DNA of 40,352 bases, from the IMG/VR virus record IMGVR_UViG_2923302340_000006, positions 1 to 40,352 of that record. The stretch is one strand, 5' to 3'. This document shows positions 8,242 through 18,209 of this stretch, piece after piece. The notes below the pieces were generated by a model. The model saw only the letters and a program-made list of their open reading frames with translations, was not told where the DNA came from and searched no databases. Position 1 is the first letter of the stretch. Each line of letters begins with the position of its first letter. The translations under genes and the position numbers were made by a program. The stretch comes from a virus (lineage: Duplodnaviria; Heunggongvirae; Uroviricota; Caudoviricetes).

Positions 8242-8946
8242 TCACGAACTTTTCAGCCACTCCCTTGCCTCAATGTCATCCAGATGGCGAGATTGCTTCA
8301 GAATACCAGCTACATACTCCACCTTTGCTACTTGATGATAAGGCAACGTTATTGGCCTATGATCCTGGTTGATGCTTGTAAACTGGTATTCTCCGTCTCT
8401 GTCATAGCCAAGAACTTTGATCATGTTGTGTCCTTCAACGGTTCTGACAAACACCTCATCACCCGGGAATACTTTGGTGTTAGGCTCAATGAGTACATAT
8501 TCTCCTGATTTTATTCTAGGCCACATGCTGTCTCCTTTCACACGAAGACCAAAGGCATCTGGATCATCGCTATAAATCTTGAGCCACCCATCGCGCTCTT
8601 CGGTCATCTCGATGGCACCATCAACACCAAGAATTGCCTCACCAACCACGCGCACTAACCCTTTTCTTACCTGACCGACAAAAGTTAAAGAATCTGAGCA
8701 TGATGCAATTGGTGTTACATCATGTACCAAATCAAGCCACCCATTAGGTAACCCAAGTGCGGCTTCGAATTTTCTTGCTAGTTTATCCCCTATGTTTCGA
8801 GTGCTTTTTTCACCGGAGACTTGCGTGAGTTGAGAAGGGCTAACTCCAAGCTTATCGGCAAAGCTTGCATTAGTGTTACCCGCGATTTTTTTATGCTCAT
8901 CTAGCAAAAACGCCAGATTCGATTTGCGAATATCTTTGTTTTCCAT
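8242..8946 (-). CDS. cI: cI-type prophage repressor (HTH + LexA-like S24 autopeptidase domain)
   Basis: 234 aa; N-terminal HTH; C-terminal GDSMWP Ser motif with downstream Lys; divergent from cro. Confidence 0.85.
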   Translation of the reverse strand: MENKDIRKSNLAFLLDEHKKIAGNTNASFADKLGVSPSQLTQVSGEKSTRNIGDKLARKFEAALGLPNGWLDLVHDVTPIASCSDSLTFVGQVRKGLVRVVGEAILGVDGAIEMTEERDGWLKIYSDDPDAFGLRVKGDSMWPRIKSGEYVLIEPNTKVFPGDEVFVRTVEGHNMIKVLGYDRDGEYQFTSINQDHRPITLPYHQVAKVEYVAGILKQSRHLDDIEAREWLKSS

Positions 8947-9059
8947 CCCACGATTCTCCCTCTATTTAGCAAATGGATAAATACGCATTTTGATAAATCT
9001 CCATTGCAGTTTATTTATCAAAATGGTAAAGTTGCTCTGTGTGATAAACGGAGGCACTA
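8947..9059. promoter_or_regulatory. oR/pRM/pR divergent promoter-operator region
   Basis: Three GATAAAT-type sites (about 8973, 8990 and inverted at 9013) between divergent cI and cro. Confidence 0.6.
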
Positions 9060-9293
9060 ATGAGTAATGAACTACTACGCTGGCGAAAAGAGGCTTCTAG
9101 TGAGGAATGGAAGCGACTCGCCGCATTAGCGAATACTTCAGTTGGCTATCTTGATCAGATTGCATATGGGTTTCGAAGAGCTTCCCCAGATAAAGCGAAT
9201 GCAATCGAAGAAGCCACTCGTAATTTCACGGGTTATAAACCTGTGAAAAAGGAAAATCTGGTGTTCGTATCGCGTAGAGCATCAGCAGCATAA
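9060..9293 (+). CDS. cro: Cro-like HTH regulator
   Basis: 77-aa ORF divergent from cI with an HTH-like segment. Confidence 0.65.
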   Translation: MSNELLRWRKEASSEEWKRLAALANTSVGYLDQIAYGFRRASPDKANAIEEATRNFTGYKPVKKENLVFVSRRASAA

Positions 9294-9300
9294 GTAACCC

Positions 9301-9328
9301 CGCTCTTTGTAACAACGGACATTCGTCC
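9301..9328 (+). promoter_or_regulatory. nutR-like site (boxA-like CGCTCTTTGT + AACAAC + boxB-like hairpin)
   Basis: CGCUCUUUGUAACAAC-GGAC-AUUC-GUCC 8 nt after the cro stop; parallels the nutL-like element. Confidence 0.5.
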
Positions 9329-9431
9329 TACGTCGCTGAAAAGCGAATCCCAGAATATCTGACCAACTAAGGCCATATGCGTTTCCACGCATACCTTTCA
9401 ACTAACTATTCACTATTGGAAATCTTAAGAA

Positions 9432-9731
9432 ATGGAAAGAACAAGTTACAGCAAACTATCACAGCGTGACGTTGATCGCGCAGAAACAGATTTACTTATC
9501 AATCTGTCAACTATTACCCAGCGCGGTCTGGCAAAGATGATTGGCTGTCATGAATCGAAGATAAGCAGAACAGACTGGAGGTTTATAGCTTCGGTCTTGT
9601 GTGCTTTTGGCATGGCATCAGACATCAGTCCGATTAGCAGAGCTTTTAAGTATGCGCTTGATGAAATCACCAATAAAAAACGCCCGGTGTGCAAGACCGA
9701 GCGTTCTGAACAAATCCAGATGGAGTTCTGA
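9432..9731 (+). CDS. cII: CII-like transcriptional activator
   Basis: 99 aa; C-terminus TNKKRP...TERSEQIQMEF matches lambda CII as I recall it. Confidence 0.8.
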   Translation: MERTSYSKLSQRDVDRAETDLLINLSTITQRGLAKMIGCHESKISRTDWRFIASVLCAFGMASDISPISRAFKYALDEITNKKRPVCKTERSEQIQMEF

Positions 9732-9763
9732 GGTCATTACTGGATCTATCAACAGGAGTCATT

Positions 9764-10663
9764 ATGACAAATACAGCAAAAATACTCAACTTCGGCAGAG
9801 GTAACTTTGCCGGACAGGAGCGTAATGTGGCAGATCTCGATGATGGTTACGCCAGACTATCAAATATGCTGCTTGAGGCTTATTCGGGCGCAGATCTGAC
9901 CAAGCGACAGTTTAAAGTGCTGCTTGCCATTCTGCGTAAAACCTATGGGTGGAATAAACCAATGGACAGAATCACCGATTCTCAACTTAGCGAGATTACA
10001 AAGTTACCTGTCAAACGGTGCAATGAAGCCAAGTTAGAACTCGTCAGAATGAATATTATCAAGCAGCAAGGCGGCATGTTTGGACCAAATAAAAACATCT
10101 CAGAATGGTGTATCCCTCAAAACGAGGGAAAATCCCCTAAAACGAGGGATAAAACATCCCTCAAATTGGGGGATTGCTATCCCTCAAAACAAGGGGGCAC
10201 AAAAGACACTATTACAAAAGAAAAAAGAAAAGATTATTCGTCCGAGAATTCTGGCGAATCCTCTGACCAGCCAGAAAACGATCTTTCTGTGGTTAAACCG
10301 GATGCTGCAATTCAGAGCGGCAGCAAGTGGGGAACAGCAGAAGACCTGACCGCCGCAGAGTGGATGTTTGACATGGTGAAGACCATCGCGCCATCAGCCA
10401 GAAAACCGAATTTTGCAGGGTGGGCTAACGATATCCGCCTGATGCGTGAACGTGACGGACGTAACCACCGCGACATGTGCGTGCTGTTCCGCTGGGCATG
10501 CCAGGACAACTTCTGGTCCGGTAACGTGCTTAGCCCGGCCAAACTCCGCGACAAGTGGACCCAGCTCGAAATCAACCGTAACAAGCAACAGGCAGGCGTG
10601 ACAGCCAGCAAACCAAAACTCGACCTGACAAACACAGACTGGATTTACGGGGTGGATCTATGA
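9764..10663 (+). CDS. O: replication initiator O
   Basis: 299 aa; matches lambda O from memory; contains the ori iterons. Confidence 0.95.
   Translation: MTNTAKILNFGRGNFAGQERNVADLDDGYARLSNMLLEAYSGADLTKRQFKVLLAILRKTYGWNKPMDRITDSQLSEITKLPVKRCNEAKLELVRMNIIKQQGGMFGPNKNISEWCIPQNEGKSPKTRDKTSLKLGDCYPSKQGGTKDTITKEKRKDYSSENSGESSDQPENDLSVVKPDAAIQSGSKWGTAEDLTAAEWMFDMVKTIAPSARKPNFAGWANDIRLMRERDGRNHRDMCVLFRWACQDNFWSGNVLSPAKLRDKWTQLEINRNKQQAGVTASKPKLDLTNTDWIYGVDL
10111..10240 (+). repeat. ori-lambda: four ~19-bp iterons plus AT-rich segment inside O
   Basis: tatccctcaaaacgagggaaa / aatcccctaaaacgagggata / aaacatccctcaaattggggga / ctatccctcaaaacaagggggca, then A-rich run. Confidence 0.9.
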
Positions 10664-11361
10664 AAAACATCGCCGCACAGATGGTTAACTTTGACCGTGA
10701 GCAGATGCGTCGGATCGCCAACAACATGCCGGAACAGTACGACGAAAAGCCGCAGGTACAGCAGGTAGCGCAGATCATCAACGGTGTGTTCAGCCAGTTA
10801 CTGGCAACTTTCCCGGCGAGTCTGGCTAACCGTGACCAGAACGAACTGAACGAAATCCGCCGCCAGTGGGTTCTGGCTTTCCGGGAAAACGGGATCACCA
10901 CAATGGAACAGGTTAACGCAGGAATGCGCGTAGCCCGTCGGCAGAATCGACCATTTCTGCCATCACCCGGGCAGTTTGTTGCATGGTGCCGGGAAGAAGC
11001 ATCCGTTATCGCCGGACTGCCAAACGTCAGCGAGCTGGTTGATATGGTTTACGAGTATTGCCGGAAGCGAGGCCTGTATCCGGATGCGGAGTCTTATCCG
11101 TGGAAATCAAACGCGCACTACTGGCTGGTTACCAACCTGTATCAGAACATGCGGGCCAATGCGCTTACTGATGCGGAATTACGCCGTAAGGCCGCAGATG
11201 AGCTTGTCCATATGACTGCGAGAATTAACCGTGGTGAGGCGATCCCTGAACCAGTAAAACAACTTCCTGTCATGGGCGGTAGACCTCTAAATCGTGCACA
11301 GGCTCTGGCGAAGATCGCAGAAATCAAAGCTAAGTTCGGACTGAAAGGAGCAAGTGTATGA
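10660..11361 (+). CDS. P: replication protein P (DnaB helicase loader)
   Basis: 233 aa; matches lambda P from memory; overlaps the O stop. Confidence 0.95.
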   Translation: MKNIAAQMVNFDREQMRRIANNMPEQYDEKPQVQQVAQIINGVFSQLLATFPASLANRDQNELNEIRRQWVLAFRENGITTMEQVNAGMRVARRQNRPFLPSPGQFVAWCREEASVIAGLPNVSELVDMVYEYCRKRGLYPDAESYPWKSNAHYWLVTNLYQNMRANALTDAELRRKAADELVHMTARINRGEAIPEPVKQLPVMGGRPLNRAQALAKIAEIKAKFGLKGASV

Positions 11362-11648
11362 CGGGCAAAGAGGCAATTATTCATTACCTGGGGACGCATA
11401 ATAGCTTCTGTGCGCCGGACGTTGCCGCGCTAACAGGCGCAACAGTAACCAGCATAAATCAGGCCGCGGCTAAAATGGCACGGGCAGGTCTTCTGGTTAT
11501 CGAAGGTAAGGTCTGGCGAACGGTGTATTACCGGTTTGCTACCAAGGAAGAACGGGAAGGAAAGATGAGCACGAACCTGATTTTTAAGGAGTGTCGCCAG
11601 AGTGCCGCGATGAAACGGGTATTGGCAGTATATGGAGTTAAAAGATGA
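11358..11648 (+). CDS. ren: Ren
   Basis: 96 aa; matches lambda Ren from memory. Confidence 0.9.
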   Translation: MTGKEAIIHYLGTHNSFCAPDVAALTGATVTSINQAAAKMARAGLLVIEGKVWRTVYYRFATKEEREGKMSTNLIFKECRQSAAMKRVLAVYGVKR

Positions 11649-11720
11649 CCATCTACATCACTGAGCTTGTAACAGGCCTGCTGGTAATCGCAGGCCTTTT
11701 TATTTGGGGGAGAGTAAATC

Positions 11721-11927
11721 GTGGCTGAGTTTATGCTCGTCGCACTAAAATGCGTTGGCGTTGGATGGATTCTTCTGACGTTTTTTATTGTTCTGCATAG
11801 CTACATTCGTCTTGTGAATGACGGTAAAGACCCATGGTATACGTTGTTTGGCGCTACATTTGTCTGGGTGATTATCGGTGTTATGCCTGTCGCTGTAGCA
11901 AAAATGGCGTGGCGTTTTGTGAGTTAA
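11721..11927 (+). CDS. small membrane protein (two predicted TM helices)
   Basis: 68 aa, GTG start, hydrophobic; sits where lambda has the start of its nin region. Confidence 0.4.
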   Translation: MAEFMLVALKCVGVGWILLTFFIVLHSYIRLVNDGKDPWYTLFGATFVWVIIGVMPVAVAKMAWRFVS

Positions 11928-11939
11928 GCGGAGGTAAAC

Positions 11940-12266
11940 GTGGCTGACTGGCAAATTCCAATCATCATTCTTGCCGGAGCTTCGCTGGTTGCTGGCTTTA
12001 TCCTGCTGAAGAAGCATAAAGACCGTGATCAAAAAGTCGAAGTTCTCTATGGGTATCCAGCGAACAGCACAACATGGCTGACCATTTACCACTACCGAAA
12101 ATCAGGCCGCTGGGTATTCGAATGGGATGATCTGTTCGCTGAAAAGCGACCAAAGTCATGGGGAGACATCAGCGAATGCATGATGTTTGAAGAAAGAAAA
12201 TCCGGCGCAACCCGAGAAGAGTTTAACGAAGCGTGGGCGCGATTAAGTGAGAGAGGGTATTTGTGA
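11940..12266 (+). CDS. hypothetical protein with N-terminal TM helix
   Basis: 108 aa, GTG start after RBS GGAGGT. Confidence 0.5.
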   Translation: MADWQIPIIILAGASLVAGFILLKKHKDRDQKVEVLYGYPANSTTWLTIYHYRKSGRWVFEWDDLFAEKRPKSWGDISECMMFEERKSGATREEFNEAWARLSERGYL

Positions 12267-12463
12267 GCAAGTACGAAAAATTAGATCAAAACATTCTTTC
12301 AATGCTGAGTGAAAGACCAACACCTGTTTTTGATATCTGGCTTAAATGGCGGAGCAATGGAATGTATATCGAAACCATCGATCGTCGTATGCAATACCTG
12401 AGAAAGAAATGGCTTGTTGCAAATGTGCGTGGGAAGGGTTGGGTGAAAATTAACCTGTCATAA
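12263..12463 (+). CDS. hypothetical protein
   Basis: 66 aa, translationally coupled to the previous ORF. Confidence 0.4.
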   Translation: MSKYEKLDQNILSMLSERPTPVFDIWLKWRSNGMYIETIDRRMQYLRKKWLVANVRGKGWVKINLS

Positions 12464-12474
12464 CGGGGATTGAT

Positions 12475-12831
12475 ATGGACGAATCAAGAAAGCAGTTTGA
12501 AGAATACGTTGCCAAAAAATTGAGATTACCATTCGAGATGATAACCGAGGCAAGAAATGGTGATAGGTACTTCGCATTTTCAAGTATGGATATTCGTCAC
12601 TCCTTAAATGAGTGGTGGGCTTTATGGCAGGCATCGCGAGCAGCTATTGAACTGGATATCGACTGGCCCGAATCGAATGACGACTTTTGGAAAGATGGTG
12701 AAGAAGGTGCTTATGCGATGGGTTATGAGGATGGGAGAGACAAAACGGTAATTGCAGTAATGAAAGCTATCAGAGCCGCTGGAATTAAAGAGAAGAATTT
12801 CGATGAAGCAAACAATCTTCCTCCGAACTAA
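12475..12831 (+). CDS. hypothetical protein
   Basis: 118-aa acidic ORF. Confidence 0.5.
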   Translation: MDESRKQFEEYVAKKLRLPFEMITEARNGDRYFAFSSMDIRHSLNEWWALWQASRAAIELDIDWPESNDDFWKDGEEGAYAMGYEDGRDKTVIAVMKAIRAAGIKEKNFDEANNLPPN

Positions 12832-13213
12832 GCAACAACAGCAAGCTGCAATAAATGCCATCCTCGCAACACCACTCGATAAAGACAAGCCAGTCACCAT
12901 CCGCATTACTGACTACAAGCGCAACCTTGACCAGAACGCAAAATTTCACGCGATGCTGGCGGATATCGCTCGTCAGGTTCAATGGTGCGGCAAATGGTTA
13001 AAACCAGAACAATGGAAGGTTTTGTTGATCAGCGGTCATGCAGTGGCAACAAAACAGGAAGCTGATGTTTTGCCCGGGCTTGAAGGCGAATACGTCAACA
13101 TTCGCGAAAGCAGCGCGCAGATGAGTGTGAAGCGTATGGCAAGTCTTATCGAGTACACAACAGCCTGGGCTATTGGTCATGGTGTCAGATTTACCGACAG
13201 GAGGTACGAATGA
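12803..13213 (+). CDS. ninB: NinB-like recombination protein
   Basis: 136 aa; resembles lambda NinB (e.g. [20 protein letters not shown] vs lambda LDQNRKLWACLGDVSRQVEW). Confidence 0.75.
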   Translation: MKQTIFLRTKQQQQAAINAILATPLDKDKPVTIRITDYKRNLDQNAKFHAMLADIARQVQWCGKWLKPEQWKVLLISGHAVATKQEADVLPGLEGEYVNIRESSAQMSVKRMASLIEYTTAWAIGHGVRFTDRRYE

Positions 13214-13386
13214 GACGACAGCGACGAAGTATCACCGACATCATCTGCGAAAACTGCAAATACCTTCCAACGAAACGCTCCAGAAATAAACGCAAGCCAA
13301 TCCCAAAAGAATCTGACGTAAAAACCTTCAATTACACGGCTCACCTGTGGGATATCCGGTGGATAAGACATCGTGCGAGGAAATAA
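13210..13386 (+). CDS. ninE: NinE
   Basis: 58-aa ORF not in the supplied track; [51 protein letters not shown]... matches lambda NinE from memory; ATGA overlap with ninB. Confidence 0.8.
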   Translation: MRRQRRSITDIICENCKYLPTKRSRNKRKPIPKESDVKTFNYTAHLWDIRWIRHRARK

Positions 13387-13391
13387 GGGGA

Positions 13392-13505
13392 TTGACGCGA
13401 TGATTTATCCGGGGCTATATTCCTCACACGCCAGCAAAATCTGGCGTCGGGATTGGCATCCCGGATAGAAACCGCGACAGATACACGCCGCGAGCGTGTT
13501 TTTTA
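13392..13505 (+). promoter_or_regulatory. candidate promoter + structured leader/sRNA + intrinsic terminator
   Basis: -35 TTGACG (13392..13397), -10 TATATT (13416..13421); hairpins 13430..13445 and 13447..13464; terminator acacgc-cgcga-gcgtgt + T-run (13483..13505). Confidence 0.45.
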
Positions 13506-13665
13506 TTGTCGTATGCACGCGCACATCTGAATTATGGTGGGCTGTGTGGGGGCGGAGAGATCCGCGCCGGTCGGTTTCCCGGTTATGCCAACCCTGCACA
13601 GTTCACCACCAGATGATTGGCATCGTCGGTGGTGGGTTATTTAGAAACCACCAGAGGGCGTCATT

Positions 13666-14349
13666 ATGACAACTCAAATCTCTGTTGAAACTCTCTCCCC
13701 GATCACCCATAACCAGATACCTGTTATTACCACTGAACTTTTGGCGCAGCTTTACGGCACAGAAGCGATTCGCATTCAGCAAAATCACGCCAGAAACGCT
13801 GAACGTTTTATTGAAGGTAAGCATTTTTATAAATTAGTGGGCGATGAGCTTAGAGGTATGAAGCACAGACTATCTTTAAGCGAGTCTGTGAAAATTGCCC
13901 GCAACGTTCGCTCTCTCATCCTCTGGACAGAACGCGGCGCAGCCCGTCACGCCAAAATGCTCGAAACCGATCAGGCGTGGGATGTGTTCGAAAAACTGGA
14001 AGACTGCTATTTCAGGCAGTGCAAGAAAAATACTGGCAAACAAGAGAAGAGCACCAACGAGCTTTCCGCAAAAGAAGCAAACAGCCTTGTATGGTTATGG
14101 GATTATGCCAACCGCTCACAGGCATTATTCCGCGAACTGTATCCGGCATTAAAACAAATTCAATCGAACTATTCCGGCAGATGCTACGACTACGGTCATG
14201 AGTTCTCGTATGTTATTGGAATGGCAAGAGACGTTTTAATAAACCACACACGAGATGTTGATATCAATGAGCCAGACGGACCAACAAATCTTTCCGCATG
14301 GATAAGGCTTAAGAACAAAGAATTACCTCCTTCACTGCATCGCTACTGA
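13666..14349 (+). CDS. antirepressor-like protein (ORF6N-type N-terminal domain + C-terminal domain shared with Ant)
   Basis: 227 aa; N-terminal segment resembles ORF6N domains; C-terminal ~100 aa nearly identical to the C-terminus of the ant product (35542..36420). Confidence 0.7.
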   Translation: MTTQISVETLSPITHNQIPVITTELLAQLYGTEAIRIQQNHARNAERFIEGKHFYKLVGDELRGMKHRLSLSESVKIARNVRSLILWTERGAARHAKMLETDQAWDVFEKLEDCYFRQCKKNTGKQEKSTNELSAKEANSLVWLWDYANRSQALFRELYPALKQIQSNYSGRCYDYGHEFSYVIGMARDVLINHTRDVDINEPDGPTNLSAWIRLKNKELPPSLHRY

Positions 14350-14400
14350 CAATTGACAACTTAACAAACCCAGCTTCGGCTGGGTTTTTTATTGCTGAAT
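14038..14400 (+). repeat. direct repeat copy A (~340 bp, ~95% identical to 36112..36445)
   Basis: 3' coding end of the ORF6N-type gene plus its terminator. Confidence 0.85.
14369..14391 (+). terminator. intrinsic terminator
   Basis: cccagc-ttcg-gctggg followed by TTTTTT. Confidence 0.8.
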
Positions 14401-14417
14401 TTTCAATGTGAGAGGAC

Positions 14418-15146
14418 ATGACAATGAATGAGCTGATAAATAACAATGCCATCAAAATGACAAGCATTGAAATCGCTGAGTTGGTGGGAAGCCAACACGG
14501 TAATGTCAGAATATCAATAGAACGTCTGGCAAAGCGTGGGGTGATTCAACTTCCTCCAATGCAAAAAGTTGAAAATAAACAAACAATTAGCCCTAACAAA
14601 TTCACAAGCGTGTATATATTCGAAGGCGAACAAGGTAAGCGCGATAGTATCATTGTCGTCGCCCAGTTGTCGCCAGAGTTCACCGCTCGCCTTGTTGACC
14701 GCTGGCGAGAACTCGAAGGGGCAACCGCGAAAATCCCACAAACCTTCTCTGAAGCATTGCGCCTCGCGGCTGACCTTGAAGACCAGAAGGCTGAACTGGA
14801 GAAACAGCTTGCTCTCGCAGCACCTAAAGTTGATTTTGCCGATCGCGTTGGCGAGGCCAGCGGAATTTTGATTGGAAACTTTGCAAAGGTTGTTGGAATT
14901 GGTCCAAACAAACTGTTTGCGTGGATGCGCGATCACAAAATCCTTATTGCTTCAGGTTCCCGGCGCAATGTGCCAATGCAGGAATATATGGATCGCGGCT
15001 ATTTCACAGTGAAAGAAACAGCGGTCAACACAAATCACGGAATACAGATATCGTTCACCACAAAAATCACCGGGCGTGGTCAACAGTGGCTGACCAGAAA
15101 GCTGCTCGATAACGGAATGCTGAAAGTAACAGGGGAGGCTGCTTAA
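14418..15146 (+). CDS. Rha-family regulator / antirepressor with KilA-C-like C-terminal domain
   Basis: 242 aa; N-terminal Rha-like segment ([14 protein letters not shown]); C-terminal Ant-like domain. Confidence 0.65.
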   Translation: MTMNELINNNAIKMTSIEIAELVGSQHGNVRISIERLAKRGVIQLPPMQKVENKQTISPNKFTSVYIFEGEQGKRDSIIVVAQLSPEFTARLVDRWRELEGATAKIPQTFSEALRLAADLEDQKAELEKQLALAAPKVDFADRVGEASGILIGNFAKVVGIGPNKLFAWMRDHKILIASGSRRNVPMQEYMDRGYFTVKETAVNTNHGIQISFTTKITGRGQQWLTRKLLDNGMLKVTGEAA

Positions 15147-15751
15147 TGGCTAAACCAGCGCGAAGGAAATGCAAAATATGCAAGGAATGGTTTCACCCGG
15201 CATTCTCAAATCAGTGGTGGTGCTGCCCGGAACACGGAACTCAGTTAGCACTCAAACTACAAAGTAAACAGCGAAAAAAAGCGGAAAAAGCAGCAGAGAA
15301 GAAACGACGACGAGAGGAGCAGAAACAGAAAGATAAACTGAAGATTCGAAAACTCGCCTTAAAGCCCCGCAGTTACTGGATTAAACAAGCCCAACAAGCC
15401 GTAAACGCCTTCATCAGAGAAAGAGACCGCGACTTACCATGTATCTCGTGCGGAACGCTCACGTCTGCTCAGTGGGATGCCGGACATTACCGGACAACTG
15501 CTGCGGCACCTCAACTCCGATTTGATGAACGCAATATTCACAAGCAATGCGTGGTGTGCAACCAGCACAAAAGCGGAAATCTCGTTCCGTATCGCGTCGA
15601 ACTGATTAATCGCATCGGGCAGGAAGCAGTAGACGAAATCGAATCAAACCATAACCGCCATCGCTGGACTGTCGAAGAGTGCAGAGCCATCAAGGCGGAG
15701 TATCAGCAGAAACTCAAAGACCTGCGAAACAGCAGAAGTGAGGCCGCATGA
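15146..15751 (+). CDS. ninG: NinG (Rap) recombination endonuclease
   Basis: 201 aa; matches lambda NinG over most of its length from memory. Confidence 0.9.
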   Translation: MAKPARRKCKICKEWFHPAFSNQWWCCPEHGTQLALKLQSKQRKKAEKAAEKKRRREEQKQKDKLKIRKLALKPRSYWIKQAQQAVNAFIRERDRDLPCISCGTLTSAQWDAGHYRTTAAAPQLRFDERNIHKQCVVCNQHKSGNLVPYRVELINRIGQEAVDEIESNHNRHRWTVEECRAIKAEYQQKLKDLRNSRSEAA

Positions 15752-15954
15752 CGTTCTCAGTAAAAACCATTCCAGACATGCTCGTTGAAGCATACGGAAA
15801 CCAGACAGAAGTAGCACGCAGACTGAAATGTAGTCGCGGTACGGTCAGAAAATACGTTGATGATAAAGACGGGAAAATGCACGCCATCGTCAACGACGTT
15901 CTCATGGTTCATCGCGGATGGAGTGAAAGAGATGCGCTATTACGAAAGAATTGA
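15748..15954 (+). CDS. ninH: NinH
   Basis: 68 aa; matches lambda NinH from memory. Confidence 0.85.
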   Translation: MTFSVKTIPDMLVEAYGNQTEVARRLKCSRGTVRKYVDDKDGKMHAIVNDVLMVHRGWSERDALLRKN

Positions 15955-16597
15955 TGGCAGCAAATACCGAAATATTTGGGTAGCTGGCGATCTGCACGGA
16001 TGCTACACGAACCTGATGAACAAACTGGATACGATTGGATTCGACAACAAAAAAGACCTGCTTATCTCGGTGGGCGATTTGGTTGATCGTGGTGCAGAGA
16101 ACGTTGAATGCCTGGAATTAATCACATTCCCCTGGTTCAGAGCTGTACGTGGAAACCATGAGCAAATGATGATTGATGGCTTATCAGAGCGCGGAAACGT
16201 CAATCACTGGATGCTTAATGGCGGTGGCTGGTTCTTTAATCTCGATTACGACAAAGAAATTCTGGCTAAAGCTCTTGCCCATAAAGCAGATGAACTTCCG
16301 TTAATCATCGAACTGGTGAGCAAAGATAAAAAATATGTCATCTGCCACGCCGATTATCCTTGTGACGAATACGAGTTTGGAAAGCCAGTTGATCATCAGC
16401 AGGTAATCTGGAACCGCGAACGAATCAGCAACTCACAAGACGGGATCGTGAAAGAAATCAAAGGCGCGGACACGTTCATCTTTGGTCATACGCCAGCAGT
16501 GAAACCACTCAAATTTGCCAACCAGATGTATATCGATACCGGCGCAGTGTTCTGCGGAAACCTCACATTGATTCAGGTACAGGGAGAAGGCGCATGA
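15932..16597 (+). CDS. ninI: NinI Ser/Thr protein phosphatase
   Basis: Starts at MRYYE (ATG 15932); metallophosphatase motifs GDLHG, GDLVDRG, GNHE; matches lambda NinI. Confidence 0.85.
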   Translation: MRYYERIDGSKYRNIWVAGDLHGCYTNLMNKLDTIGFDNKKDLLISVGDLVDRGAENVECLELITFPWFRAVRGNHEQMMIDGLSERGNVNHWMLNGGGWFFNLDYDKEILAKALAHKADELPLIIELVSKDKKYVICHADYPCDEYEFGKPVDHQQVIWNRERISNSQDGIVKEIKGADTFIFGHTPAVKPLKFANQMYIDTGAVFCGNLTLIQVQGEGA

Positions 16598-17217
16598 GAC
16601 TCGAAAGCGTAGCTAAATTTCATTCGCCAAAAAGCCCGATGATGAGTGACTCACCACGGGCCACGGCTTCTGACTCTCTTTCCGGTACTGATGTGATGGC
16701 TGCTATGGGGATGGCGCAATCACAAGCCGGATTCGGAATGGCTGCATTCTGTGGTAAGCACGAACTCAGCCAGAACGACAAACAAAAGGCTATCAACTAT
16801 CTGATGCAATTTGCACACAAGGTATCGGGGAAATACCGTGGTGTGGCAAAGCTCGAAGGAAATACTAAGGCAAAGGTACTGCAAGTGCTCGCAACATTCG
16901 CTTATGCGGATTATTGCCGTAGTGCCGCGACGCCGGGGGCAAGATGCAGAGATTGCCACGGTACAGGCCGCGCGGTTGATATAGCAAAAACAGAGCAGTG
17001 GGGGAGAGTTGTTGAGAAAGAGTGCGGAAGATGCAAAGGTGTCGGCTATTCAAGGATGCCAGCAAGCGCCGCATATCGCGCTGTAACGATGCTAATCCCA
17101 AACCTTACTCAACCCACCTGGTCACGCACTGTTAAGCCGCTGTATGACGTTCTGGTGGTGCAATGCCACAAGGAAGAGTCAATCGCAGACAATATCTTGA
17201 ATGCGGTCACACGTTAG
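16594..17217 (+). CDS. Q: late-gene antiterminator Q
   Basis: 207 aa; matches lambda Q from memory. Confidence 0.95.
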   Translation: MRLESVAKFHSPKSPMMSDSPRATASDSLSGTDVMAAMGMAQSQAGFGMAAFCGKHELSQNDKQKAINYLMQFAHKVSGKYRGVAKLEGNTKAKVLQVLATFAYADYCRSAATPGARCRDCHGTGRAVDIAKTEQWGRVVEKECGRCKGVGYSRMPASAAYRAVTMLIPNLTQPTWSRTVKPLYDVLVVQCHKEESIADNILNAVTR

Positions 17218-17259
17218 CAGCATGATTGCCACGGATGGCAACATATTAACGGCATGATA

Positions 17260-17288
17260 TTGACTTTTTGAATAAAGTTGGGTAAATT
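17260..17288 (+). promoter_or_regulatory. late promoter pR' (with overlapping Q-utilisation site)
   Basis: -35 TTGACT (17260..17265), 17-nt spacer, -10 TAAATT (17283..17288); lambda-like sequence. Confidence 0.8.
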
Positions 17289-17294
17289 TGACCC

Positions 17295-17488
17295 AACGAT
17301 GGGTTAATTCGCTCGTTGTGGTAGTGAGATAAAAAGAGGCGGCGCTTACTACCGATTCCGCCTAGTTGGTCACTTCGACGTATCGTCTGGAACTCCAACC
17401 ATCGCAGGCTGAGAGGTCTGCAAAATGCAATCCCGAAACAGTTCGCAGGTAATAGTTAGAGCCTGCATAACGGTTTCGGGATTTTTTA
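17295..17488 (+). ncRNA. 6S RNA (pR' leader transcript ending at tR')
   Basis: About 194 nt from the pR' start to tR'; sequence lambda-like. Confidence 0.6.
17429..17488 (+). terminator. tR' intrinsic terminator
   Basis: Long hairpin atcccgaaac ... gtttcgggat followed by TTTTTT. Confidence 0.8.
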
Positions 17489-17885
17489 TATCTGTGCAAC
17501 AGGTAAGAGCATTCTCCCTTATGGGGCTTGGCTTAAATGCACCGAGTGCTCTTATCGTTGTGCTGAATTAAGCGAATGCCGGAAGCAGAACCGGATCACC
17601 AAATGCGTACAGGCGTCATCGCCGCCCAGCAACAGCACAACCCAAACTGAGCCGTAGCCACTGGCTATCCTGAATTCATCAGTGATAGTTATGCTGCGGC
17701 CTTCTACACATGACCTTCGTGAAAGCGGGTGGCAGGAGGTTGCGCTAACAACCTCATGCCGTTTTGCCCGTGCATATCGGTCACGAACAAATCTGATTAC
17801 TAAACACAGTAGCCTGGATTTGTTCTATCAGTAACCGACCTTATTCCTAATTAACTAGAGCAAATCCCCTTATTGGGGGTAAGAC

Positions 17886-18209
17886 ATGAAGATGCCAGAA
17901 AAACATGACCTGTTAGCCGCCATTCTCGCGGCAAAGGAACAAGGCATCGGGGCAATCCTTGCGTTTGCAATGGCGTACCTTCGTGGCAGATATAATGGCG
18001 GTGCGTTTACAAAAACAGTAATCGACGCAACGATGTGCGCCATTATCGCCTGGTTCATTCGTGACCTTCTCGACTTCGCAGGACTAAGTAGCAATCTCGC
18101 TTATATAACGAGCGTGTTCATCGGCTACATCGGCACTGACTCGATTGGTTCGCTTATCAAACGCTTCGCTGCTAAAAAAGCCGGAGTAGAAGATGGTGGA
18201 AATCAATAA
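17886..18209 (+). CDS. S: holin S (dual start S107/S105)
   Basis: 107 aa [10 protein letters not shown]...; matches lambda S. Confidence 0.95.
   Translation: MKMPEKHDLLAAILAAKEQGIGAILAFAMAYLRGRYNGGAFTKTVIDATMCAIIAWFIRDLLDFAGLSSNLAYITSVFIGYIGTDSIGSLIKRFAAKKAGVEDGGNQ

Noticed and set aside
14514-14936. Minus-strand ORFs inside the Rha-type gene
   Set aside because: Overlap a motif-supported plus-strand gene; no RBS.
17217-17885. Possible tRNA genes between Q and S
   Set aside because: The interval reads as the lambda pR'/6S/tR' region; no cloverleaf-compatible segment seen by eye. Not run through a tRNA scanner.
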